Positions 18,683 through 26,070 of a stretch of 64,000 bases of DNA are shown in pieces. How positions within the stretch are numbered: the stretch's first letter is position 1; the number at the start of each line of letters is the position of its first letter. The notes below the pieces were generated by a model that saw only the letters and a program-made list of their open reading frames with translations, had not been told where the DNA came from and ran no database searches. The translations under genes were made by a program, and so were the position numbers. The stretch is from an uncultured virus (IMG/VR IMGVR_UViG_2061766007_000905) (Duplodnaviria > Heunggongvirae > Uroviricota > Caudoviricetes), in IMG/VR virus record IMGVR_UViG_2061766007_000905; one strand, 5' to 3'.

Positions 18683-19061
18683 CTCTCAGTTCTCCGACCA
18701 TCTTGTATAATATACTACGCTTATATTTCTTATTATACATTATATAATAAATAAGCCTGAACAACGGTTCAACAATGATAATGGTAGGGGAAAATATCAC
18801 CGCAATTATAAGTTTAACTGTTTTACCAAATTCGTAATCATCATCATGGACAGTACCTACGACCAAGGGTATACACCAGCCTGGAAAAAGCGTTCCCACA
18901 AACCCGTATGCAAAAAAATCGCCGACTGTTCTAATTACGCCGCTATCAAATATCATTAATATAAGCGGCAATATAACAACAGCAAGTACCATCGAATTAA
19001 CTACTCTTACATTAGTCAACACGTCTTCAAATTTTTTCGTATTAAATACAGAAATACTCAT
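18675..19061 (-). CDS. Membrane protein
   Basis: three hydrophobic segments. Confidence 0.55.
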   Translation of the reverse strand: MSISVFNTKKFEDVLTNVRVVNSMVLAVVILPLILMIFDSGVIRTVGDFFAYGFVGTLFPGWCIPLVVGTVHDDDYEFGKTVKLIIAVIFSPTIIIVEPLFRLIYYIMYNKKYKRSILYKMVGELRDV

Positions 19062-19080
19062 AATATAATAATATAAAAAA

Positions 19081-19470
19081 TTAAAGTGTTTTTGTAAACC
19101 CCTGCTTCGATTCAAGATTTTTAATCTTTTCTTCAAGCCGGGCAATCTTTTCTTGATTCCATTTATCTAGCCATGGGCCATTTACTGCCCAGAATCGTTC
19201 ATTGATACTGCAATTAACTAGCGGTCCATATTTCTTACTAAGAGAAATTTGCTTACGAACCCTTAGTTGTTCTTCTGTTATTGGCTGAGCGTCTTCAGCA
19301 TTAATTTCTAAAATTGATACGCCTTCTACTTTATGGCCGTCATGGTTATATAATGGGGTAATTCCGCTAATGCCTAAAGTATATTTACCCCATGCCTTAT
19401 TTAATCCAATACCGATAACTGGATTTCCTTCAATTTTCTGTAATTCAGCAATAAGTTCTTCTTTATTCAT
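19081..19470 (-). CDS. Hypothetical protein
   Basis: GAGGTG RBS, own promoter. Confidence 0.6.
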   Translation of the reverse strand: MNKEELIAELQKIEGNPVIGIGLNKAWGKYTLGISGITPLYNHDGHKVEGVSILEINAEDAQPITEEQLRVRKQISLSKKYGPLVNCSINERFWAVNGPWLDKWNQEKIARLEEKIKNLESKQGFTKTL

Positions 19471-19720
19471 TAATCACCTCGATTTTATCAATATAAAAAA
19501 ATATAGGGTTTTTGTAAACCCTATATTAAATTTAGTTATCTAAATGAACTGTCATAGTCAATAAAAAAGAAATCTTTATTTGATGGCATATGATATCGTG
19601 ATTCTGGTATACCATCACTATTATAGCTAAACGGCTGAGATGCGACAACAAAAGTTGTTCCGTTATCTACCATCTTTTTTGCTATTGATTTAATATGATT
19701 ATACAATTTTTCATATTCAC

Positions 19721-20098
19721 TCATACTATTGCCTTTTGACAGAATACATTATCATCCCAATATTGACACGAATTATGAAACCACATTATATCATCCATAG
19801 AAAGTGGCATATAATTATGATAATCAGTTCCAAGGTCGATTCCGTTCATCTTTGCAAAATCCCTACCATGAATATGGCCAAACAATACAAATTCGTTAGG
19901 ATATGTCGGTTCATGGCCAGATTTTATCGTATCGAATGTTTTTGGCTCGTGGACAACATAGAACGTAATTTTTTTACCTTTTTCTTTATCTGTATGGGTA
20001 AACTGATAATCATCTTTAAGCTCGATGTCTCGCTTAGTTTCCTTGATGATCTGCCTGATAAATAATGCTTCAGTTCTGTCATAGTTACCCATGACCCA
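19721..20098 (-). CDS. Metallophosphoesterase, C-terminal part (5' end in gap)
   Basis: GNYD, VHEP, LFGHIH. Confidence 0.7.
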   Translation of the reverse strand, partial: WVMGNYDRTEALFIRQIIKETKRDIELKDDYQFTHTDKEKGKKITFYVVHEPKTFDTIKSGHEPTYPNEFVLFGHIHGRDFAKMNGIDLGTDYHNYMPLSMDDIMWFHNSCQYWDDNVFCQKAIV

Positions 20099-20115
20099 NN
20101 NNNNNNNNTATAAAT

Positions 20116-20188
20116 GCTCGCATCGGCCAATGGTTTAAGCCAACCGACTTTCTATCGGTTAATTCCAGTTCGACTCTGGATGCGAGTA
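20116..20188 (+). tRNA. tRNA-Glu(TTC)
   Basis: ACCGA CT TTC TA TCGGT. Confidence 0.85.
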
Positions 20189-20199
20189 CTAAAAATTTT

Positions 20200-20271
20200 G
20201 GGCCATTAGTATAGTGGAAGTATCTTTGGTTTGCACCCAGAGGGCATCGGTTCGAATCCGATATGTGTCCA
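20200..20271 (+). tRNA. tRNA-Ala(TGC), bulged acceptor stem
   Basis: GGGCCAT/ATGTGTCC, G3.U70, TT TGC AC. Confidence 0.8.
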
Positions 20272-20281
20272 TAAAAATTTC

Positions 20282-20355
20282 GGCGCTGTCGAATAACTGG
20301 TTCAGTTCACCGGCCTTTCAAGTCGGAAATTCGGGTTCAAGTCCCGACAGCGCTA
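20282..20355 (+). tRNA. tRNA-Glu(TTC)
   Basis: CCGGC CT TTC AA GTCGG. Confidence 0.9.
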
Positions 20356-20367
20356 CTAAAAATTTTC

Positions 20368-20440
20368 GGGCTCGCATGTACCCTGGAGGCGAGCTGGCCT
20401 TGCAAGCCGGCTGAGATGGGTTCGACACCCACCGGGTCCA
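20368..20440 (+). tRNA. tRNA-Ala(TGC), atypical D arm
   Basis: GGGCTCG/CGGGTCC, CT TGC AA. Confidence 0.75.
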
Positions 20441-20442
20441 CT

Positions 20443-20568
20443 AAAACTGATAACGCATTTTGTTCGGTGGTAGAACAGGCGGTGTGAAGGCCGCTGGTCA
20501 CAGGTTCGAATCCTGTATGCGCTTACTGAAAGTCAATAGTACGCGTTGAGATGAGTAAGGTCAGTTTT
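20443..20568 (+). ncRNA. Composite RNA: tRNA-like domain plus 3' hairpin in a closing helix
   Basis: AAAACTGA..TCAGTTTT encloses cloverleaf with non-7-nt loop (TGTGAAGG) and CTTACT/AGTAAG stem. Confidence 0.55.
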
Positions 20569-20574
20569 ATTTTT

Positions 20575-20646
20575 GGGCCATTAGTATAATGGTAGTATCT
20601 TTGGTTTGCACCCAAAGGGTATCGGTTCGAATCCGATATGTGTCCA
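20575..20646 (+). tRNA. tRNA-Ala(TGC), bulged acceptor stem, second copy
   Basis: near-identical to 20200 copy. Confidence 0.8.
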
Positions 20647-20706
20647 CGAAATGAATTTGCAATTAATATGTTACAAATTCGAAGAACGAAAAATTATATA
20701 TAATAT

Positions 20707-21501
20707 ATGGATTACAAAGCTATATATTATAAAATAATTGAAAATGCTAAAAAGGAGAATGAAAATGGGAACCGATATGTAGGTTATTTTGAAAAGCATC
20801 ATATATTACCGAAATCATTAGGCGGTAATAATGCTAAAAATAATTTAGTTAAACTTACTGCGCGTGAGCATTTTATTTGTCATTGGTTACTTGTTAAAAT
20901 GTATAATAAAGGAACTATTGAAAGATATAAAATGTTATGTGCGCTTTGGAGAATGCAAAGTAATCCTACAAATATAAATTCACGTTATACTAATGCAAGA
21001 ACATATGAAAAATTAAGACTTGAATATATACAATCACTTAAAGATTGGCATAAACAAACTAATTTTCAGCAAGGCAAAAATAATTCGCAATATGGAACTC
21101 ATTGGTATACAAATAGAAATACAGGAGAATCTAAAAAGTTTAAGGAAATACCAGTTGAAGATTATTGGATTTTAGGTAAAAATCTTTTTAATGGTAAAGA
21201 ACTTTGGTCAATAGATACTAAAACTAAAATAAGTTACCATAAAAAAAGAATAACTACAGAACAATATTTGATATATAAAGAACAGGGTTTAATTGCAAAA
21301 AACGGTAGAATAAACGAAGTTGGTATATCAAATGATGAATGGAATAGACGTAAAAATTTAATTCTAAATTCTGGTGTTGATTTAACTAAATTTGGTTGGG
21401 TTAAAAAAGTATCAAAAATAACAGGTTTAAATAGAACAACAATAAATAATGTAGTATTGCATTTTGATGATTTAAAAGAAAAAGTATACTATAGAAAATA
21501 A
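20707..21501 (+). CDS. HNH homing endonuclease
   Basis: EKHHILPKSLGG.N..NLVKLTAREHFICHWLL. Confidence 0.9.
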   Translation: MDYKAIYYKIIENAKKENENGNRYVGYFEKHHILPKSLGGNNAKNNLVKLTAREHFICHWLLVKMYNKGTIERYKMLCALWRMQSNPTNINSRYTNARTYEKLRLEYIQSLKDWHKQTNFQQGKNNSQYGTHWYTNRNTGESKKFKEIPVEDYWILGKNLFNGKELWSIDTKTKISYHKKRITTEQYLIYKEQGLIAKNGRINEVGISNDEWNRRKNLILNSGVDLTKFGWVKKVSKITGLNRTTINNVVLHFDDLKEKVYYRK

Positions 21502-21504
21502 TAT

Positions 21505-21578
21505 GGGCTTGTGGTGTAATTGGCAACATGTCAGATTTGCATTCTGAAGATTTACGAGTTCGAATCTCGTCAGGTCCA
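21505..21578 (+). tRNA. tRNA-Ala(TGC)
   Basis: GGGCTTG/CAGGTCC, TCAGA TT TGC AT TCTGA. Confidence 0.9.
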
Positions 21579-21582
21579 CTAT

Positions 21583-21655
21583 GGGGGCAAAGGTTACTTT
21601 CCGCAATCTTTGCATAGACGGTTCCTAGATATTAGTTCGATTCTAATAGCCTCCA
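21583..21655 (+). ncRNA. Degenerate Ala-like tRNA mimic
   Basis: GGGGGC/GCCTCC A acceptor with G3.U, T arm intact, no D stem. Confidence 0.5.
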
Positions 21656-21660
21656 CTAAA

Positions 21661-21756
21661 AATGTTTTCAGGGGTCTAAAGTGAGACTGTTGGACACGTA
21701 GCGCCGTGAAAGCGCTAAAAGGTCGGTTTAATTCCGGTTGGATTCCTGAAAATATT
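21661..21756 (+). ncRNA. tRNA-like RNA with extended acceptor helix (variants at 21794-21887 and 6548-6583)
   Basis: AATGTTTTCAGGGGTCTA/TGGATTCCTGAAAATATT; TAGCGC CGTGAAA GCGCTA; T loop TTTAATT. Confidence 0.6.
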
Positions 21757-21887
21757 AAAGGGTTGACGAAAGTCAACCTTTTTNNNNNNNNNNTGTTTTC
21801 AGGGGTCTAAAGTGAGACTGTTGGACACGTAGTGTCGAGAAAGCGCTAAAAGGTCGGTTTAATTCCGGTTGGATCCTTGAAAATATT

Positions 21888-21921
21888 AAAGGGTTGACGG
21901 AAGTCAACCTTTTTCTATATT
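21888..21921 (+). promoter_or_regulatory. Representative terminator/early-promoter cassette (recurs >12 times)
   Basis: AAAGGGTTGAC-N4-GTCAACCTTTTT then TATATT. Confidence 0.75.
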
Positions 21922-21928
21922 CATCGAT

Positions 21929-22333
21929 ATGGTAAATTTATTGACAGATGTCAATGCGGCTGAGCAATTCCTAAAAGAAATCGGAATGGTTGTTGTAAAT
22001 AATAGTACTCCGATGTATTCAACTATGCCTTGTAAAGTCGCTGGTGCAATTACACATCCTGAATTGGATGACTTTCTTACATCGACAGCGATATTTGTCT
22101 ATTTCTTACCAAATATAGGTTATCAGATTTTTAAACTTGCCGGTTTAAAACCTAACGGTACCGTTACGATTGACCGTATACCGGCGCATTCTACTTATAT
22201 AGTTCCTGGAAAACCGGGATGGAAAGAAAAAATGATCAAGCAAATTGAACAGATTAGATATGACCTTACAAGATATTATAAAATACGTAAAAATAGAGAA
22301 CTTGACGAAACCTTGAAAATATTAAAGGGTTGA
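21929..22333 (+). CDS. Hypothetical protein
   Basis: ORF between promoter cassettes. Confidence 0.6.
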   Translation: MVNLLTDVNAAEQFLKEIGMVVVNNSTPMYSTMPCKVAGAITHPELDDFLTSTAIFVYFLPNIGYQIFKLAGLKPNGTVTIDRIPAHSTYIVPGKPGWKEKMIKQIEQIRYDLTRYYKIRKNRELDETLKILKG

Positions 22334-22387
22334 CAAATGTCAATCCTTTTTTATATTTAAGAAAAAAATGAAACAAGAGAAATAATA

Positions 22388-22981
22388 ATGAAAAAAGAAT
22401 GGAATAAGCACATCGACCGACTGATTGAGATCGCTGACTCAATCGAACTTGGAAAGCTCACTATTCTCACTGGATCTAACGGCTCTGGAAAGTCTGTGAT
22501 CCGCAAGCTTCTTCCCACTCGAATTCAGGAAAAGCTAGGAAAGGACAGTCCTGAACGTCTGGTCAGCTCTCTGTCCTTCATGTCTCGCTGTGCTCTCAAT
22601 AGCATGTGCGGGATCAACTTCCTTCGCGACTCTGAATGGACTTCTACCGGCGACAACACTGTCCACTTGCTCAAGTCAGTCGTCAACCACGAAGAGCGCT
22701 TCATCGTCCTTGACGAAGTAGAGCTCGGCATGGGAGAAGAGCTCCAGCTCTCTATCGCCAACTACATCAACTCTATCAAGGATGAAGTGCTAAAGAAGTC
22801 TTACGGTCTGCTTGTTATCACACACTCTCGAATCGTCGCCAAGACGCTCAAGGAAGACGCTTTCTTCAACATTGACGGCATCAAGACAAAGGAAGAATGG
22901 ATCGACAGAGAGATCGTTCCGACAGATCTGGATCAGTTTGAAGAAGACTGCGATGAGCTCTTCATCGCACTCCGCGATTGA
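22388..22981 (+). CDS. ABC/AAA-type ATPase
   Basis: GSNGSGKS, STGD signature-like, IVLDE, ITHS. Confidence 0.8.
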   Translation: MKKEWNKHIDRLIEIADSIELGKLTILTGSNGSGKSVIRKLLPTRIQEKLGKDSPERLVSSLSFMSRCALNSMCGINFLRDSEWTSTGDNTVHLLKSVVNHEERFIVLDEVELGMGEELQLSIANYINSIKDEVLKKSYGLLVITHSRIVAKTLKEDAFFNIDGIKTKEEWIDREIVPTDLDQFEEDCDELFIALRD

Positions 22982-23023
22982 TCTGAGAAAAAATAAAATT
23001 AACCTTTTTCTATTTTTAACTAT

Positions 23024-23338
23024 ATGACACGTTTTCAGGAAAAAATCGATAAATTGCTGGCCAAGGAAAACTTCTCTAAGAGCTATAGCAATGATTACTA
23101 TGTATATCGTAAGTATAACGATATTACTATCGGTATTCATGATACCTATATCGATTTTTACCAGACTATTGAAAATAGTAAGATGGTTTCCGGAAAAAGT
23201 ATCATGATCAAGTATACTGAAGGAAAGAAGCTTATTCTCCGTTTAATTCCGGAAATTCATAAGTGCAAGACTTATGACCGACTCGCTGCTAAATACGAAA
23301 ATCTATATAATGAAATTCTATTGGATAAGCTGCTATGA
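23024..23338 (+). CDS. Hypothetical protein
   Basis: ORF. Confidence 0.55.
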   Translation: MTRFQEKIDKLLAKENFSKSYSNDYYVYRKYNDITIGIHDTYIDFYQTIENSKMVSGKSIMIKYTEGKKLILRLIPEIHKCKTYDRLAAKYENLYNEILLDKLL

Positions 23339-23628
23339 CAAAAGGAAATTTTAAAAGAGCCTATTCAAGATTTTCAAAACTTCTAGAAATCGTCAACGGA
23401 GAAGGTTCTAATCTGAGATTATTTACCTGTGAAGACGGTTCTTATTTGAAGCTTATTGCACTTACTAATCAGATTGGTGGAAAATATCCGACTCTCTGGT
23501 GTATAAGGTTCGACCGGTTCAAGGACAGACATTATGTCGACGACATTTTAAGTTTGAAGGATCCAGAGAAAATCCGTAAACGAATAATGTCATTCGGAAC
23601 GGAATACATATTAGACAAGAACCTATAA
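23335..23628 (+). CDS. Hypothetical protein
   Basis: ATGA overlap with previous ORF. Confidence 0.55.
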   Translation: MTKGNFKRAYSRFSKLLEIVNGEGSNLRLFTCEDGSYLKLIALTNQIGGKYPTLWCIRFDRFKDRHYVDDILSLKDPEKIRKRIMSFGTEYILDKNL

Positions 23629-23701
23629 AAAATTTTTCCATTTAGGGGTTTACAAAAGGAAAAAGTTTTACTATATTTAACAACGTTAAAATACAAGAGA
23701 A

Positions 23702-23812
23702 TAGCAATAGCAGTTCCTATGAATCAGTGGAATAGCTTAACTGGATAAAGCGTTTACCGTAAGGTAAAAGATTATCGGTTCGAGTCCGGTTCCCATTTCT
23801 TACTGCCCGCTA
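23702..23812 (+). ncRNA. GTTCCTAT-helix ncRNA enclosing tRNA mimic with GNRA-capped anticodon arm
   Basis: TAGC AAT AGCAGT TCCTAT..TTTACC GTAA GGTAAA..ATCGG TTCGAGT CCGGT..TT ACTGCC C GCTA. Confidence 0.75.
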
Positions 23813-23865
23813 CTTTTGCGAAAACAGGAAAAAAATTTTTATATATAATAGAAAGGAAAAACGAA

Positions 23866-23939
23866 ATGACTAAGTTTGTAGTTGACACTCATGATTGCAA
23901 GACTCGCCGCGACNNNNNNNNNNATCATCTAGTTTTTAA
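23866..23939 (+). CDS. Leader peptide MTKFVVDTHDCKTRRD.. (gap inside; end uncertain)
   Basis: AAAGGA RBS; followed by terminator and tRNA-Asp. Confidence 0.7.
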
Positions 23940-23957
23940 CTGTAAAGTTTTAAAAAT

Positions 23958-23988
23958 GATTCCTGTGCAACTCACAGGAATCTTTTTT
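23958..23988 (+). terminator. Attenuator terminator 5 nt before tRNA-Asp
   Basis: GATTCCTGTG caact CACAGGAATC TTTTTT. Confidence 0.85.
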
Positions 23989-23993
23989 AATTT

Positions 23994-24064
23994 GGTCTCA
24001 TCGTTTAATGGATGGACACTAGCCTGTCACGCTAGAGGTACGGGATCGTGACCCGTTGAGACCG
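23994..24064 (+). tRNA. tRNA-Asp(GTC), T loop ATCGTGA
   Basis: CTAGC CT GTC AC GCTAG. Confidence 0.9.
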
Positions 24065-24122
24065 TTAAATCTGTCTAATTATATTTAACAGGTTCGGAAA
24101 ACAAAAAATTATATATAATATA

Positions 24123-24746
24123 TGGATTACAAAGCTATATANNNNNNNNNNNNNNNNNNNNNNNNNNNNNNNTAAAATGTTTGATAAAGGAACTATTGAA
24201 AGAAATAAAATGTTGTGTGCTTTATGGAGAATGAATCATAATGGTTCTAAATCGCAAAAATGCCATTATATAAATTCAAGAGCATATGAAGCATTACGTG
24301 TTGAATTTGCAAAAACCATAAGTGAAATAACAAGTAAGAATCAACAAGGTAATAAAAATTCACAGTTTGGAACTAAATGGTATACAAATCGTAATACTGG
24401 AGAATCTAAAAAATTTAAAGAAAAACCTATAGAAAATTTTTGGATTGAAGGCCGAAATCTTTTTCATGGTGAATCAAATAAAATTGTTTATGGTGTAAAA
24501 AAGGATAAAAAACATAAAACAACATTTACAATTACAAGATATAATGAATCTTTGAAATTATCTAGGGAATTATGGGACAAATATCATTCAGGAAATTATT
24601 ATAAACTTGAAGATTTTGCAAATGAATTACATGTTCTAAAAAATGCAATTTATATGCGATTTAAAAAATATATACCAATTTTTAAATCTAATACAAAAAG
24701 AAGACATTTTAGTTCTAATAAAGATTTAATTGGTAAATATGAATAA
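24123..24746 (+). CDS. HNH homing endonuclease (gapped), paralog of 20707
   Basis: same start MDYKAI, KMLCALWRM, KNSQFGTKWYTN. Confidence 0.75.
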   Translation, partial: WITKLYXXXXXXXXXXXKMFDKGTIERNKMLCALWRMNHNGSKSQKCHYINSRAYEALRVEFAKTISEITSKNQQGNKNSQFGTKWYTNRNTGESKKFKEKPIENFWIEGRNLFHGESNKIVYGVKKDKKHKTTFTITRYNESLKLSRELWDKYHSGNYYKLEDFANELHVLKNAIYMRFKKYIPIFKSNTKRRHFSSNKDLIGKYE

Positions 24747-24749
24747 TTC

Positions 24750-24824
24750 GGGGTCGTAGTTCAATTTGGTTAGAGCGTCAGATTGTCGATCTGAAAGTTG
24801 AGGGTTCAAGTCCCTTCGATCCCG
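24750..24824 (+). tRNA. tRNA-Asp(GTC)
   Basis: TCAGA TT GTC GA TCTGA. Confidence 0.9.
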
Positions 24825-24832
24825 CTAAATAT

Positions 24833-24912
24833 GCACCTGTAGCCGAGCCAGACTACGAATCTGGTACACGTAACTGGAGCTGCAAATGGGAGTTCGATTC
24901 TCTTCAGGTGTA
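24833..24912 (+). tRNA. Rearranged tRNA-Arg(ACG)-like RNA
   Basis: GCACCTG TAGCCGAG CCAGA CT ACG AA TCTGG TACACG TAACTGGA GCTG CAAAT T-arm CAGGTGT A. Confidence 0.65.
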
Positions 24913-24979
24913 CTAAAAATATGCGGTGGGAGTTTTACTAATTTCTCGTGTCCGACACCGGGAAGATAANNNNNNNNNN

Positions 24980-25063
24980 TCGACATAGACACAGGGTCAT
25001 TTAGTATTAACTATATAAAGAGTTTATAAAAATGATTCCTGTGTAAAAACAGGAATCTTTTTT
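24980..25063 (+). promoter_or_regulatory. Variant Asp attenuator (leader 3' end, antiterminator, terminator)
   Basis: GAC ATA GAC ACA GGG TCA; ACACAGGGTCAT can pair ATGATTCCTGTGT; GATTCCTGT/ACAGGAATC T6. Confidence 0.75.
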
Positions 25064-25068
25064 ATTTT

Positions 25069-25139
25069 GGTCTCATCGTTTAATGGATGGACACTAGCCT
25101 GTCACGCTAGAGGTACGGGATCGTGACCCGTTGAGACCG
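25069..25139 (+). tRNA. tRNA-Asp(GTC)
   Basis: identical to 23994 copy. Confidence 0.9.
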
Positions 25140-25142
25140 CTA

Positions 25143-25201
25143 AATAGCATATGAAGTTCCTATTTTTGGACTGCAAATCTAGTATTTTACTTCTCGCTAT
25201 T
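25143..25201 (+). ncRNA. GTTCCTAT-helix ncRNA presenting an isolated Cys(GCA) anticodon stem-loop
   Basis: AATAGC ATA TGAAGT TCCTAT..TTGGA CT GCA AA TCTAG..TT ACTTCT C GCTATT. Confidence 0.7.
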
Positions 25202-25206
25202 AATTT

Positions 25207-25281
25207 GGTCGCGTCGGATAGTGGTCCATTCCACCTGACTGTCTCTCAGGCTTTTCGTGGGTTCGAATCCCACCGTGATCG
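25207..25281 (+). tRNA. tRNA-Asp(GTC)
   Basis: CCTGA CT GTC TC TCAGG. Confidence 0.85.
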
Positions 25282-25288
25282 CTAATAT

Positions 25289-25368
25289 ACACCAGTAGCC
25301 GAGCAAGACTACGAATCTTGTAATCGTAATTGGAGCTGAAAATGCAGGTTCGATCCCTGTCTGGTGTA
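25289..25368 (+). tRNA. Rearranged tRNA-Arg(ACG)-like RNA, second copy
   Basis: ACACCAG TAGCCGAG CAAGA CT ACG AA TCTTG TAATCG TAATTGGA GCTG AAAAT T-arm CTGGTGT A. Confidence 0.65.
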
Positions 25369-25389
25369 CTAAAGAAAATTTACATTTAT

Positions 25390-25462
25390 GCCTCAGTGGC
25401 GCAATTGGTAGCGCAGCTGACTCTTAATCAGTGGGTTGAAGGTTCGAGTCCTTCCTGGGGTA
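25390..25462 (+). tRNA. tRNA-Lys(CTT)
   Basis: GCTGA CT CTT AA TCAGT. Confidence 0.9.
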
Positions 25463-25470
25463 CGAAAATT

Positions 25471-25542
25471 GGGAGTATATGTCAATGGCTAGACGAGCAG
25501 ACTCTTAATCTGTGGATCCGGGTTCGAATCCCGGTACTCCCA
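25471..25542 (+). tRNA. tRNA-Lys(CTT)
   Basis: GCAGA CT CTT AA TCTGT. Confidence 0.9.
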
Positions 25543-25625
25543 TAATAACTAGCCTTCTGTTTTTGACAAGCGCAGATGGGTTTACGAAGGCCGGTAGATG
25601 TAACCGTTGGCGCAACATCATTTAT

Positions 25626-25698
25626 GCGGTAGTAGCACAACTGGTAGTGCGATTCCTTGCCATGGAATAGGTTGTGGGTTCAAGTCCCATCTACCGCT
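25626..25698 (+). tRNA. tRNA-Gly(GCC)
   Basis: ATTCC TT GCC AT GGAAT. Confidence 0.9.
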
Positions 25699-25707
25699 CT
25701 AAAATAT

Positions 25708-25778
25708 GCGTCTATGTTGTAGTGGTAGCAAACGACCTTGCCATGGTTGAAGCTCCGGTTCGAACCCGGATAGACGCT
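25708..25778 (+). tRNA. tRNA-Gly(GCC)
   Basis: CGACC TT GCC AT GGTTG. Confidence 0.9.
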
Positions 25779-25786
25779 CTAAATTA

Positions 25787-25860
25787 TCCCAGATGTAGTG
25801 TAACGGTTGCACGACAGCGTGTGAGGCTGTTAGATTGTGTTCGACTCACAACTTGTGGAC
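25787..25860 (+). tRNA. tRNA-His(GTG)-like, irregular acceptor stem
   Basis: ACAGC GT GTG AG GCTGT; TCCCAGATG/CTTGTGGA. Confidence 0.7.
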
Positions 25861-25868
25861 TAAATTAT

Positions 25869-25943
25869 GCGGCTATAACATAGTCAGGTTTAATGTGCTA
25901 GACTTCCACTCTGGAAACGTGAGTTCGAATCTCACTAGCCGCT
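25869..25943 (+). tRNA. tRNA-Gly(TCC)
   Basis: CTAGA CT TCC AC TCTGG. Confidence 0.9.
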
Positions 25944-25952
25944 TAAAATTTT

Positions 25953-26024
25953 GGGCTTATATTTCAAATGGCAGAAAACTGGACTCTTAATCCTGGAATT
26001 CCGGATCGTGGCCGGATGAGCCCA
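25953..26024 (+). tRNA. tRNA-Lys(CTT), T loop ATCGTGG
   Basis: GGGCTTA/TGAGCCC, CT CTT AA. Confidence 0.8.
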
Positions 26025-26070
26025 TATTTATATAGTGCAATAAACTCTAGAGTAAAAATATAAATATATT

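Noticed and set aside
21661..21756. Selenocysteine tRNA
   Set aside because: No TCA anticodon and no long variable arm.
25548..25620. Possible riboswitch or ribozyme between tRNA-Lys and tRNA-Gly
   Set aside because: GCCTTC/GAAGGC stem is visible, but I could not match a family and there is only one copy.
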